A program made the translations under genes and the position numbers. This document shows positions 7,021 through 15,691 of a stretch of 15,691 nucleotides of DNA, in pieces; within the stretch, counting starts at the first letter, position 1, and each line of letters opens with the position of its first letter. The stretch is from positions 1 through 15,691 of the forward strand of contig JBCDIQ010000100.1 in the NCBI GenBank assembly GCA_039024295.1. The letters run 5' to 3'. The DNA is from Bacteroidota bacterium. Its GTDB lineage: Bacteria > Bacteroidota > Bacteroidia > J057. The notes beneath the pieces were generated by a model, which did no database searches, had not been told where the DNA came from, and saw nothing but the letters and a program-made list of their open reading frames with translations.

Positions 7021-8502
7021 ATGAAACGAATTCCCACACTAATTCTCTTCTTCGCCACCATTAAGCTGGTGGTCCAATTACTGGGCAATCGCAATTATGG
7101 GTTTCATCGAGATGAACTACTCCACCTCTCCGTGGGTGAGCATCTCGACTGGGGGTTCATGGAGTTTCCGCCTGGTATCGCCTTCCTGGGAAAACTATCT
7201 CATGTCCTTTTTGATGCCTCATTGATGGGCACCCGCCTATTTCCCACGATTGCAGGCGTATTGATCTTGATCCTGTGCTGCCAAATGGCACTGGCATTGG
7301 GGGGTAAATACAGAAGTGTGTTATTAGCCGCGATGTGCATCCTGGCGTTTCTCCCCTTTTATCGAAATCATACCCTGTTCCAGCCGGTGGCCTTTGACCA
7401 ACTCTGGTGGACCCTCGGGTTTTACCTACTCATCAGGTATGTCAATTCCGAAAAACCTGTGTTTTTACTTTTGACAGGATTGGTTCTGGGCCTGGGATTG
7501 ATGACCAAGTACACCATGCTGGTGTGGGCCTTCGGGATTTTCATAGGTCTGCTTTTCCCTCCAACAAGAAAAGTGTTCCGATCCCCCTGGCTGTATGCAG
7601 GAGGAATCCTCGCTTTGGTGATCTGGCTCCCCAACCTCCTGTGGCAGTGGGAACATGAATTTCCTTTATTCCGTCATTTACAGGCCTTGCAAACCGGGCA
7701 GGAAGGAAGTAGCCCGCAAGTCGATTTCATGCTAAACCAATTGATCCTGCCGGCAACCTTTGTAGTGAGCGTGATCGGAGCAGGTGCCTTACTGAGTTGG
7801 CAAAAGTACCGATCTCTCGGAGTTGCGGCCCTGATCATCTTTTTTACCCTGCTGATGCTTGGTGCTAAGTCTTATTATGTGTTTGCCGTTTATCCTGTAC
7901 TCTTTGCAGCAGGCAGCGTCAAACTTGAACAATGGATGATGCAGAAAAAGATGACCTGGACCTATCTGCTGGCAGCCTCTATTTTGGTTCCTTTTATTCC
8001 TTTCATTCCTCAATTGACCCCCATTTTACCCATTGAAACCTTTGTAAAGTATGAGGGATTGGAACCACAAAATTGCCGTTATGAGCTCACAAGTGATTAT
8101 GCGGATATGTTTGGATGGGAAGAACAGGCTCAGTTGGTAGATAGCGTATACCGTTCCCTTTCGCCGGAAGACCAAGTCAGCTGTGTGATTTGGGCAGAAA
8201 ATTATGGAGAGGCAGGCGCCATCAAAATTCTTGGTAAATCATATGGCCTACCCAATCCCATCAGTCGTCATGGAAGCTTTTGGAACTGGGGCTATGGAAA
8301 TCCGGACGCAAGTGTTTGGATCAGCCTCGGAAATGAGTTCCCTGCTGTAAATGATGTTTTTGAGGAAGTACTATTGATCAAAATGATTTACCATCCTTAC
8401 GCCATCGACGAGGAACATAACATTCCCCTTTACCTGTGCAGGAACCCCAAAGTGGATATCCCTAAATGGTGGCAGGAATATAAACCCTACGTATTTCAAT
8501 GA
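7021..8502 (+). CDS. GT39/ArnT-like (PMT_2) integral-membrane glycosyltransferase, 493 aa
   Basis: About 10-12 TM segments. The N-terminal motif YGFHRDELLHLSVGEHLDWGFMEFPPGIAFLGK resembles the DE..Y...A..L.WGY.D.PP signature of ArnT/PMT-family lipid-linked sugar transferases, with the catalytic DE dyad near the first periplasmic loop. Confidence 0.75.
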   Translation: MKRIPTLILFFATIKLVVQLLGNRNYGFHRDELLHLSVGEHLDWGFMEFPPGIAFLGKLSHVLFDASLMGTRLFPTIAGVLILILCCQMALALGGKYRSVLLAAMCILAFLPFYRNHTLFQPVAFDQLWWTLGFYLLIRYVNSEKPVFLLLTGLVLGLGLMTKYTMLVWAFGIFIGLLFPPTRKVFRSPWLYAGGILALVIWLPNLLWQWEHEFPLFRHLQALQTGQEGSSPQVDFMLNQLILPATFVVSVIGAGALLSWQKYRSLGVAALIIFFTLLMLGAKSYYVFAVYPVLFAAGSVKLEQWMMQKKMTWTYLLAASILVPFIPFIPQLTPILPIETFVKYEGLEPQNCRYELTSDYADMFGWEEQAQLVDSVYRSLSPEDQVSCVIWAENYGEAGAIKILGKSYGLPNPISRHGSFWNWGYGNPDASVWISLGNEFPAVNDVFEEVLLIKMIYHPYAIDEEHNIPLYLCRNPKVDIPKWWQEYKPYVFQ

Positions 8503-8661
8503 TCCAAAAGTCAGGAATCAACGAGAAAAAACAGAGACTGACTGTAATAAAAAACTTACCTTTACTACAGATAAATTGAGCTGCTAAATGATTAATCAAT
8601 TGGAGGCGATGAATCTCTAAAAATCTGTAGCAGTGAGCTTTATATTTTATCATGTTATGCC

Positions 8662-9306
8662 ATGAAAGAACTACTGGATGCTGCCGTATCTCCAGCAAAT
8701 ATTATCATCACCGGGCTACTCATCTTTATCCTGCTATATTGGATCACCGTCATCCTTGGCGTGATCGACCTGGATGCAGTCGACTTTGATGTGGACGTCG
8801 ATGTAGATGCAGACGTGGACATTGATGCCGATGTAGATGCCAGTGGTGTCAGTTGGTTTAACTCCGTCTTAGCATTTTTTAACCTGGGGCATGTACCGTT
8901 TATGGTGTTCATGACTTGTTGGATCGTGCCTGCCTGGGCCATTTGTATCATAGCCAATGACAAATTGGGCATTAGCAGTTTTGGGGTAGGATTAGGCATC
9001 ATGGCAGGGGGACTTTTTGCAAGTCTATTTATTGCCAAGATCGCGACACAACCTTTTGTGAGAATCTTTGCCAAAATTGACCAGGAAGCGAAGGAAAACC
9101 AGCGAATTAGAGGCAAGATATGCACGGTCACCATTGGTACGACTGCTACCTCAACGGGGCAAGCCACCATTAATACCTCCGGTGCGCCCCTGCTGATTAA
9201 TGTCCGAACTTCGGAAGGCGTAGAAATGCAAAAAGGAGACACCGGACTTGTACTTGAACTTATCGATAACCAGAATATTTACCTCATAGAACCCTTTAAT
9301 GATTAA
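8662..9306 (+). CDS. NfeD-like (YqiJ-type) membrane protein, 214 aa, flotillin-associated
   Basis: N-terminal TM helices, an acidic DVD-repeat loop, further TM helices, and a C-terminal beta-rich soluble domain (ICTVTIGTTATSTGQATINTSGAPLLINV...GDTGLVLELIDNQNIYLIEP) typical of the NfeD OB-fold. It ends 3 bp before the flotillin start. Confidence 0.75.
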   Translation: MKELLDAAVSPANIIITGLLIFILLYWITVILGVIDLDAVDFDVDVDVDADVDIDADVDASGVSWFNSVLAFFNLGHVPFMVFMTCWIVPAWAICIIANDKLGISSFGVGLGIMAGGLFASLFIAKIATQPFVRIFAKIDQEAKENQRIRGKICTVTIGTTATSTGQATINTSGAPLLINVRTSEGVEMQKGDTGLVLELIDNQNIYLIEPFND

Positions 9307-9309
9307 TCC

Positions 9310-11478
9310 ATGGGAGAATACATTGTACTTGTCATGTTGATTTCTGCTGTTGTCCTAGTGTTAGGATTAATAGTACTGTTCATTCGAATGTACCGGAAGG
9401 CGGTACAAGGTGAAGCCTTGGTGCGAACTGGATTGGGCGATGTCAAGGTATCTTTTTCAGGTCTATTAGTTATTCCAGTGGTCCACAAGCTGGAAGTGAT
9501 GGACATTACCCTCAAAACGCTGACCATTTCTCGCCTGGGGAAAGATGGCCTGATTTGTAAGGACAATATGCGAGCGGACATCAAGGTAAGCTTCTTTGTC
9601 CGGGTAAATAAAACCCGTGACGATGTGGTCCATGTGGCACAATCTATCGGCTGCCACCGGGCATCCGAAATTCAGGAGCTGGAAATGCTGTTTGATGCCA
9701 AATTTTCAGAAGCCCTGAAAACAGTAGGAAAGCATTTTGACTTTGTGGAGCTCTATAACTCCCGTGCAAATTTCAAGGAAAAGATCATCCAGGAAATTGG
9801 TACAGACCTCAACGGATATGTACTCGACGACTGCGCCATTGACTACGTGGAGCAAACTTCTCTCAGTGACTTGAATGAAAACAACATCTTGGATGCCCAG
9901 GGCATCAAGAAAATCATTGAGCTGACTGCTGCGGAAAAAGTAAAGTCCAACTTGATTAAGCGGGAGCAGGAAAAGACCATCAAAAAGCAAGATGTAGAAG
10001 CCCGAGAAACCATCCTCGAACTGGAACGCCAGTTGGCTGAAAAGGAAGAGCAACAAAAACGTGAAGTTGACAACATCAAAGCCCGCGAAGCGGCCGAAAT
10101 AGAAAAAGTCCGTCAGGAAAACGAACTCAAGGCGCAACAGGCGCGCATTGAAAAGGAAGAAGAACTGGGCATTGCAGAAGAGAATAAGCTGCGCCAGATC
10201 ATTGTCGCCAAAAAGAACAGGGAAAAAGCACAGGCAGTTGAAACGGAGCGCGTAGAGCAGGCACGGGCATTGGAAGAAACCGAGCGTGAGCGCGTGGTTG
10301 AATTGGCTCAAATCGACAAGGAAAAAATCTTGGAAGTAGAACGCAGGAACATCCAGGAAGTGATCCGCGAGCGGGTAACGGTTGAAAAAGCTACCGTAGA
10401 GGAAGAAGAGAAGATCAAGGATACCCGAGCCACTGCCGAGGCAGAGCGGAATAAGCTGGTGGCCATTACTGTAGCTGAGCAAAAAGCCCAGGAAGCCCTG
10501 GTGCAGGAAATCAAAATGGCAGAAGCTGCCAAGCAGGCATCTGAAGAGCTGGCGAAAAAAGCTTTGATTGATGCAGAAGCGGAACAAGCTGCCGCAGTTC
10601 ACAAGGCTGAAGCCATGAAAACCCTGGCAGAAGCAGAGGCGGCACAGAAAGCAGCTATCGGTATGTCCGAGGCACAAGTGATGTCTGCGAAAGCAGAAGC
10701 CCGTGAAAAAGAAGGAGAAGCCGAGGCATCTGTAATTGAAATGCAGTCTGAGGCAGAAGCCAAAGGCATCAAGATGAAAGCCGCGGCACAGGCCGAAGCT
10801 GACGAGAAGCTTGGTATCGTAGCTGCCAAGGTTGCCCTGGAGCAAGGGAAGGCCGAAGCGGAAGTGATCGAAATACAAGCGCAGGCCAATGAGAAACAAG
10901 GGTTGGTAGAAGCCCGTGTGATCACGGCCAAGCTCAAAGCCGATGCCGATGGCATCACCGAAAAGGCAGCGGCCATGAAGGCCCTCGATGGCCCTGGAAT
11001 GGAGCACGAAGAGTTCAAACTTCGTCTGGAAAAAGCGCGTGAGGTAGAACTTGCCCAGATTGAGGTGAACAAATCCATCGCAATGGCACAGGCTGAGGTA
11101 CTCGCCGAAGCCATGAAGTCAGCCAACATTGACATCATCGGTGGAGAGTCTGCCTTCTTTAAGCAAATTACAGGGGCAGTGGCCAACGGTAAATCCGTGG
11201 ATGGCTTGGTGAACGGCAGCCATGTGCTTTCTGACGTCAAGCGTGCCTTCCTGGACAATGGCGGAGGAGATTCCTTCAAAGAGAATATCTCTCAACTGAT
11301 CCGGTCGCTGAATGTCTCTTCCGAGGACATCAAGAACCTGTCAATCTCTGCCTTGCTGTATAAGTTGCTTAACAGCACCCAGGAAGACCACCTCAAGCGG
11401 AACTTGCGCCAATTACTTGGTGTAGCTGAAGCCAGCGGCCTACAGGGAGAGACCTTACACTCCCTCGGTATTAAGTAA
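9310..11478 (+). CDS. Flotillin family protein, 722 aa, with an SPFH/band-7 domain
   Basis: N-terminal TM anchor, then an SPFH domain (about 30-210 aa). A long A/E/K-rich coiled-coil region follows (EA-repeat flotillin domain), then the conserved flotillin C-terminus. It is paired with the NfeD gene as in yqiJ-yqiK and yuaF-floT operons. Confidence 0.85.
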   Translation: MGEYIVLVMLISAVVLVLGLIVLFIRMYRKAVQGEALVRTGLGDVKVSFSGLLVIPVVHKLEVMDITLKTLTISRLGKDGLICKDNMRADIKVSFFVRVNKTRDDVVHVAQSIGCHRASEIQELEMLFDAKFSEALKTVGKHFDFVELYNSRANFKEKIIQEIGTDLNGYVLDDCAIDYVEQTSLSDLNENNILDAQGIKKIIELTAAEKVKSNLIKREQEKTIKKQDVEARETILELERQLAEKEEQQKREVDNIKAREAAEIEKVRQENELKAQQARIEKEEELGIAEENKLRQIIVAKKNREKAQAVETERVEQARALEETERERVVELAQIDKEKILEVERRNIQEVIRERVTVEKATVEEEEKIKDTRATAEAERNKLVAITVAEQKAQEALVQEIKMAEAAKQASEELAKKALIDAEAEQAAAVHKAEAMKTLAEAEAAQKAAIGMSEAQVMSAKAEAREKEGEAEASVIEMQSEAEAKGIKMKAAAQAEADEKLGIVAAKVALEQGKAEAEVIEIQAQANEKQGLVEARVITAKLKADADGITEKAAAMKALDGPGMEHEEFKLRLEKAREVELAQIEVNKSIAMAQAEVLAEAMKSANIDIIGGESAFFKQITGAVANGKSVDGLVNGSHVLSDVKRAFLDNGGGDSFKENISQLIRSLNVSSEDIKNLSISALLYKLLNSTQEDHLKRNLRQLLGVAEASGLQGETLHSLGIK

Positions 11479-11526
11479 AGAATCTATCAGGGGTCAGGCC
11501 CTGCTCTGGCCCCCATTCTTATCCTT

Positions 11527-11543
11527 CACCTTCGTACAAGGTG
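11527..11543 (+). other. Short perfect hairpin CACCTT-cgtac-AAGGTG between the flotillin gene and the giant ORF. It has no following U-tract.
   Basis: A 6-bp stem with a 5-nt loop, read directly from the sequence. It is followed by aaaattcaacttt rather than a T-run, so it is unlikely to be an efficient intrinsic terminator. Confidence 0.2.
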
Positions 11544-11584
11544 AAAATTCAACTTTGAGTTAGCATACCATCTAATATATCCGA

Positions 11585-14500
11585 ATGGCAGCGCCTACTG
11601 CATCAGAAATTCAACTGGAGGGGGGCACTTATGAGGTGTTGAAAAACCGTCTGGAGAAAAGTGCCAATCAACTTACCTCAGCCACCAAAAAGCTGGATGA
11701 GCGTCGGAAAGAAGTATTTGGCGGCATCGAAACCCGCCTGATTTCTGCTGAACGCATCACCACCGCTCATAACTGTGTGCCGCGGGACATGGTGCCCATC
11801 GGGGAGCAATTTATTTTTGGGTACAATGTCCACCTGGGCCTGAAAACGCATGTGGAACTGGAAGATGTGTTCAGCTTCCATGCCTACCGCGACCACCATT
11901 TCCCGATACTGGAAAAACCCCTGCTGCAAGACGAGCAGTTCATCTCGGACTTTGAGAAACTCTATAAATACTATAAAAACACCCAGTTTTCACGATTTGA
12001 CCGAAAAGGGCCGCACCTGTACATGGTGTTCCAAATCGGCAAGACCGCCAAAGAAATCAAAGCTTTCAAATGGCTGGTATCGGGAGATGGTTTGACCTAT
12101 TTGGATAACCGGAGCGACCACGAAGTTCGTCCGCCGGAGCAGTACGCCTTCCGGTGGAAACGCACCAACCGCGAAGCCCAACGACTGGGAGAATTCTCTC
12201 ATATATCGGTAGAGGATCAGGTATTCGTGGAGGTGTCTCGCGGTAGGCTGACCTTGAAAGTGGAGGACAATACCGATTCAGGTCAGGGAATCTTTGTGGA
12301 GGAGGTGGAGCAAGTTGAGCAAAGCCTGGACGATGTAGAGGTGCAATATTCCCTCATGGGGAACTTGGTGCTGCTCAAAATTAAGCCCTACCTGGAAAAG
12401 ACATATCGGTACTATGTCTTTAACCGGAAGCTCCAGGAGGCCCAAAACATTCCGGCCCTGGCGCAAAGCTGTATCCTCTTGCCAGAAGACCAGGGAATCA
12501 TGTTTCCCAACGGATATTATTTGCAAAATGGCGCCTACAAACTGTTTGACAGTGACCTGGGCGAAATGCGCTACCAGCGGATGATCCCCTCTCCCAATGG
12601 CGAGGACTACCTCTATATTTTTTATCAGCCTGATCACGGCATTTACCAACTGCTTCCCTATAACCTGATCAGCCAGCAGGTGGAAACGCCCATTATGTGT
12701 CATGGATACGCCATCTTTGATAACGGGGAGTTGTGCTTTTTCAATTCTGATGAGGAACCCAAAAAGCACCATGCCACCAAAATCTGGCAAACCCCTTTTA
12801 CCGGCCCTGATTTCCAATCCAGTGTACGCAGCGATTCCTACCTGTTTAAGATTGGCAATAAAGAACTGGTCCGGGCGCTTTCAGAATGCAACGAACTACT
12901 TACCCTGGTTGCGAAGGGAGAAAATTACGAGGGCCTATATGTAGACCTGCAAAAACTGGCTACCGACATCACGGACAGCTACCACTGGCTGGGACACGAG
13001 GAATCAGGCAACCTCCTGGAGCCCTTGAGCGATATTCGCCAGACCTCGGAGTTGGCCATTGAGGAGTATGAGAAGGTGGTCAGCATAAAAAAGAATACTA
13101 GCCAGCAACTGGAGGAGGTTACGGAGCGCATTACCTCCTTGCTGAATAAGATTAGCCGGGAATCACAGCCCAGCATAGAGAAGTTTGTAGCAAACCTGGC
13201 CAGCCTGCGGACCATGAGGGGGGAATTGGAAACCCTCAAGACCCTTCGCTACATTGACGAGGCCACGGTACAATCCTTTCAGGAAAAGCTTGCAGATGAA
13301 AACCAACGGTATGCAGAACGCTGTGTGGTATTCTTGCTGCGCGAAGATGCCCTGCGTCCTTATGAGAAACGAATCGAGGACCTGGAGCAGGAAATCATCG
13401 AGGTAAGTAAAGTCGTTGATGCCGATACCCTGGGGGTAAAAATTGCCCAGGTGTCGGAAGATTTAGAGATGCTCATTGAAATTGTGGGCAACCTCAAAAT
13501 TGCAGATGCCACCCAAACTACTCAGATCATTGACAATATTTCCCTGCTGTTTTCCCGGCTGAACCAGGGACGTGCGACCCTGAACAACCAACGGAGATCG
13601 CTCCTGCGAGTAGAGGGAGAAGCCGAATTTAATGCCCAAATAAAGCTAATCGAGCAAGGCCTGACCAACTTCCTCGACCTTTCGGATACGCCAGAAAAAT
13701 GCGACGAGTACCTTGCCAAGCTGATGGTACAGTTGGAGGAGTTGGAAGCTAAGTTTGTAGAGTTCGATGATTTCATTGAAAAAATCAGTGAAAAGCGGGA
13801 GCAGGTGTACAGCAGTTTTGACACCCGGAAGGTTTCCTTGATCGAGGCCAAAAACCGCAGGGCCAATTCCCTGCAGACTGCAGCGAACCGAATTTTGAGC
13901 GCGGCCAAAAACCGTACCCTGAGGATGAAATCCGAAGAAGAGGTGAATACCTATTTCACTTCTGATCTCATGGTGGAAAAGCTCCGCACCATTGTTGCGG
14001 ACTTGCAGGAGCTCGGAGACACCATCAAGGCCGATGACCTACAGGGAAAAATGAAGTCCCTCCGTGAGGATGCCCTTCGCCAACTGCGGGACAAAAACGA
14101 ACTGTTCGCCGACTCGGATCAAGTCATCAAATTTGGCAAATACCACTTCTCGGTGAATACCCAGCCCATGGAGGTTACGGTGGTTCGGCGAGAGGAGCAG
14201 TTGTGGTACCACCTCACAGGCACCAGCCTGTATGAGGCCATTCCGGAAGCACATATCGGTCCAGCCACGCCTATTTGGGAGCAGGAATTGGTATCAGAAA
14301 ATGCACAGGTATATCGCGCTGAATACCTCGCTTACCAATTGCTGAAAGCGGCAGATGCCCCCGATGTATCTGGCATTTCGGTAGACGGGCTGATCCAGCT
14401 TACGCCCAAACAGTTGGAAGCGCGGGTCCAGGAATTCATGGCCGTGCGCTACAATGAGGGGTATGTCAAAGGAATTCATGACCATGATGCAGCCAAGCTG

Positions 14501-15691
14501 CTGACCAGCTTGCTGATCTTTTTCCGGTCGGGGGACCTGCTCAAATATGCTGCTGATGCCCGCGCATTTGCCCTGTATTTCTGGGAATTTTGCCTGGAAG
14601 CGTCAAAACGAGAAGCCCTCGTCAACCAGATTACGGGCCTGAGCAGCATCCTTGACATATTTCCGGACTCCCGGGCCTACCACGAATTGATTGCCTCGCT
14701 TACGGAGCAAATAGCAGCGGTGCGTACAGGTGAGTTTGAGCGGACCTCTGCCACAGCAGCAGCAAATTACCTCTTCCACGAACTCAGCAATCCGCAAGAT
14801 TATTCCCTTTCGGAGAATGCGGCTGCCCTGGCCCAGGCATTTAATGACTTCTTGAAGCAACAAAAGGGCGAACAGAAATTCGCGCAGTCCCTGGAATTAT
14901 TGCCAGATGCCACGTCTCAATTTGCCCTGGTGGTCAAATGGCTCAGTGCCTTTGTGGCCCATACCCAGCAGGCGGATGACCGTCCGTTTATTCGGGAGGC
15001 GGCCTTCCACCTTACCGGCAAAGACCTTGCTTTCCACACCCTTAACCTGCCGATGATTGAAGAAATCGGCGGACTGCTGGGGACACATGGCGTCATCCAC
15101 GATGGGAATTACCACATGAACTTCAACGAGTTCCTTTCCAAGCTGGACCATTTTGAGCAGGCGGTGGTGCCCGCTTATCAGCAGTTCCAGGAAGGCAAAC
15201 GCAAGCTGGTGGCTGATTTCTCAACCGAGTTGCGCATCTCCGAATTCCAACCTCGGGTGATGGCTTCCTTTGTCAGGAATAAACTCATCAATGATGTGTA
15301 CCTGCCATTGATCGGAGCCAACCTTGCCAAGCAAATCGGGGAAGTAGGCGAAGGCAAACGAACCGATCTCATGGGCATGCTGTTGTTGGTATCTCCTCCA
15401 GGATACGGTAAGACTACCCTCATGGAATACATCGCCAACAGGCTGGGGCTTATTTTCATGAAAATAAATGGCCCCGCCCTTGGGCATGAGCTACGCTCCC
15501 TCGACCCAGCAGACGCGCCCAATGCTGCCGCCAGAGAGGAGGTCAACAAGCTCAACCTGTCTTTTGAGATGGGAGACAATGTGATGATCTACCTGGACGA
15601 CATCCAGCATTGCCACCCGGAGTTTTTGCAGAAGTTTATCTCCTTGTGTGATGCCCAGCGTAAAATTGAGGGGGTGTACAAAGGACAAACC
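11585..15691 (+). CDS. Large multidomain protein with a C-terminal AAA+ ATPase domain. The CDS is partial, with at least 1369 aa in-window and the 3' end beyond the window. It is not present in the supplied ORF track.
   Basis: Manual translation starts at ATG 11585, which is preceded by an in-frame TAA at 11573-11575. The frame stays open for 4107 nt, exactly 1369 codons, to the last base of the window. The product begins MAAPTASEIQLEGGTYEVLKNRLEKS and ends at ...KIEGVYKGQT. The middle is strongly coiled-coil (about aa 470-860). The AAA P-loop LLLVSPPGYGKTTLMEYIANRLG has its Lys at codon 1276 (nt 15410-15412). The Walker B VMIYLDDIQHCHPEFLQKFISLCDAQRKIEGV (nt 15581 onward) resembles MoxR/AAA_5-type ATPases. 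The track shows only short ORFs in the other frames across these 4.1 kb. Confidence 0.85.
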   Translation, partial: MAAPTASEIQLEGGTYEVLKNRLEKSANQLTSATKKLDERRKEVFGGIETRLISAERITTAHNCVPRDMVPIGEQFIFGYNVHLGLKTHVELEDVFSFHAYRDHHFPILEKPLLQDEQFISDFEKLYKYYKNTQFSRFDRKGPHLYMVFQIGKTAKEIKAFKWLVSGDGLTYLDNRSDHEVRPPEQYAFRWKRTNREAQRLGEFSHISVEDQVFVEVSRGRLTLKVEDNTDSGQGIFVEEVEQVEQSLDDVEVQYSLMGNLVLLKIKPYLEKTYRYYVFNRKLQEAQNIPALAQSCILLPEDQGIMFPNGYYLQNGAYKLFDSDLGEMRYQRMIPSPNGEDYLYIFYQPDHGIYQLLPYNLISQQVETPIMCHGYAIFDNGELCFFNSDEEPKKHHATKIWQTPFTGPDFQSSVRSDSYLFKIGNKELVRALSECNELLTLVAKGENYEGLYVDLQKLATDITDSYHWLGHEESGNLLEPLSDIRQTSELAIEEYEKVVSIKKNTSQQLEEVTERITSLLNKISRESQPSIEKFVANLASLRTMRGELETLKTLRYIDEATVQSFQEKLADENQRYAERCVVFLLREDALRPYEKRIEDLEQEIIEVSKVVDADTLGVKIAQVSEDLEMLIEIVGNLKIADATQTTQIIDNISLLFSRLNQGRATLNNQRRSLLRVEGEAEFNAQIKLIEQGLTNFLDLSDTPEKCDEYLAKLMVQLEELEAKFVEFDDFIEKISEKREQVYSSFDTRKVSLIEAKNRRANSLQTAANRILSAAKNRTLRMKSEEEVNTYFTSDLMVEKLRTIVADLQELGDTIKADDLQGKMKSLREDALRQLRDKNELFADSDQVIKFGKYHFSVNTQPMEVTVVRREEQLWYHLTGTSLYEAIPEAHIGPATPIWEQELVSENAQVYRAEYLAYQLLKAADAPDVSGISVDGLIQLTPKQLEARVQEFMAVRYNEGYVKGIHDHDAAKLLTSLLIFFRSGDLLKYAADARAFALYFWEFCLEASKREALVNQITGLSSILDIFPDSRAYHELIASLTEQIAAVRTGEFERTSATAAANYLFHELSNPQDYSLSENAAALAQAFNDFLKQQKGEQKFAQSLELLPDATSQFALVVKWLSAFVAHTQQADDRPFIREAAFHLTGKDLAFHTLNLPMIEEIGGLLGTHGVIHDGNYHMNFNEFLSKLDHFEQAVVPAYQQFQEGKRKLVADFSTELRISEFQPRVMASFVRNKLINDVYLPLIGANLAKQIGEVGEGKRTDLMGMLLLVSPPGYGKTTLMEYIANRLGLIFMKINGPALGHELRSLDPADAPNAAAREEVNKLNLSFEMGDNVMIYLDDIQHCHPEFLQKFISLCDAQRKIEGVYKGQT

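Noticed and set aside
8655-9242. Antisense ORF of 195 aa opposite the NfeD-like gene
   Set aside because: - It overlaps the NfeD gene completely.
- Its product is S/T/A-rich low-complexity.
- The sense frame has a clear TM/acidic-loop/OB-fold architecture and is translationally coupled to flotillin.
9706-11279. Long antisense ORFs 9706-11007 (433 aa) and 10599-11279 (226 aa) on the - strand
   Set aside because: - They lie entirely inside the flotillin coiled-coil region.
- That region is a GAA/GCN/AAG-rich codon repeat, which gives stop-poor antisense frames.
- The products are low-complexity (F/L/S/A-rich) and unlike real proteins.
11678-15688. Many short - strand and off-frame + strand ORFs (for example 12278-12817, 13522-13908, 15178-15579)
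   Set aside because: - All lie inside the continuous + strand reading frame of at least 1369 codons, 11585-15691.
- That frame carries the AAA+ motifs.
- These ORFs are antisense or out-of-frame by-products of it.

Overview
This looks like a Bacteroidota chromosomal segment. The basis is a T9SS C-terminal sorting domain with a YPNP motif, DUF4252 paralogs, and no Shine-Dalgarno sequences; this is inference. From left to right the window holds:
- A small hypothetical gene on the + strand.
- A two-gene ABC-2 exporter operon on the - strand (permease and ATPase).
- A five-gene - strand operon: a DUF4252-like protein carrying a T9SS C-terminal domain, an ECF sigma factor, a single-TM anti-sigma-like protein, and two secreted DUF4252 paralogs.
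- A 78-bp structured tandem repeat, about 4.3 copies, in the intergenic region upstream of that operon.
- A DUF763-family gene on the - strand, transcribed divergently from a GT39/ArnT-like integral-membrane glycosyltransferase on the + strand.
- A tightly linked NfeD-like and flotillin (SPFH) pair on the + strand.
- Immediately downstream of the flotillin gene, an unbroken + strand reading frame from 11585 to the window edge at 15691, at least 1369 codons. The supplied ORF track omits it because it has no stop inside the window. It has a coiled-coil middle and a C-terminal AAA+ ATPase P-loop (SPPGYGKTT) with Walker B (IYLDDIQ). It is the most interesting object in the window. I cannot assign it to a named family from sequence alone.

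No CRISPR arrays, tRNAs, rRNAs or mobile-element genes are visible.
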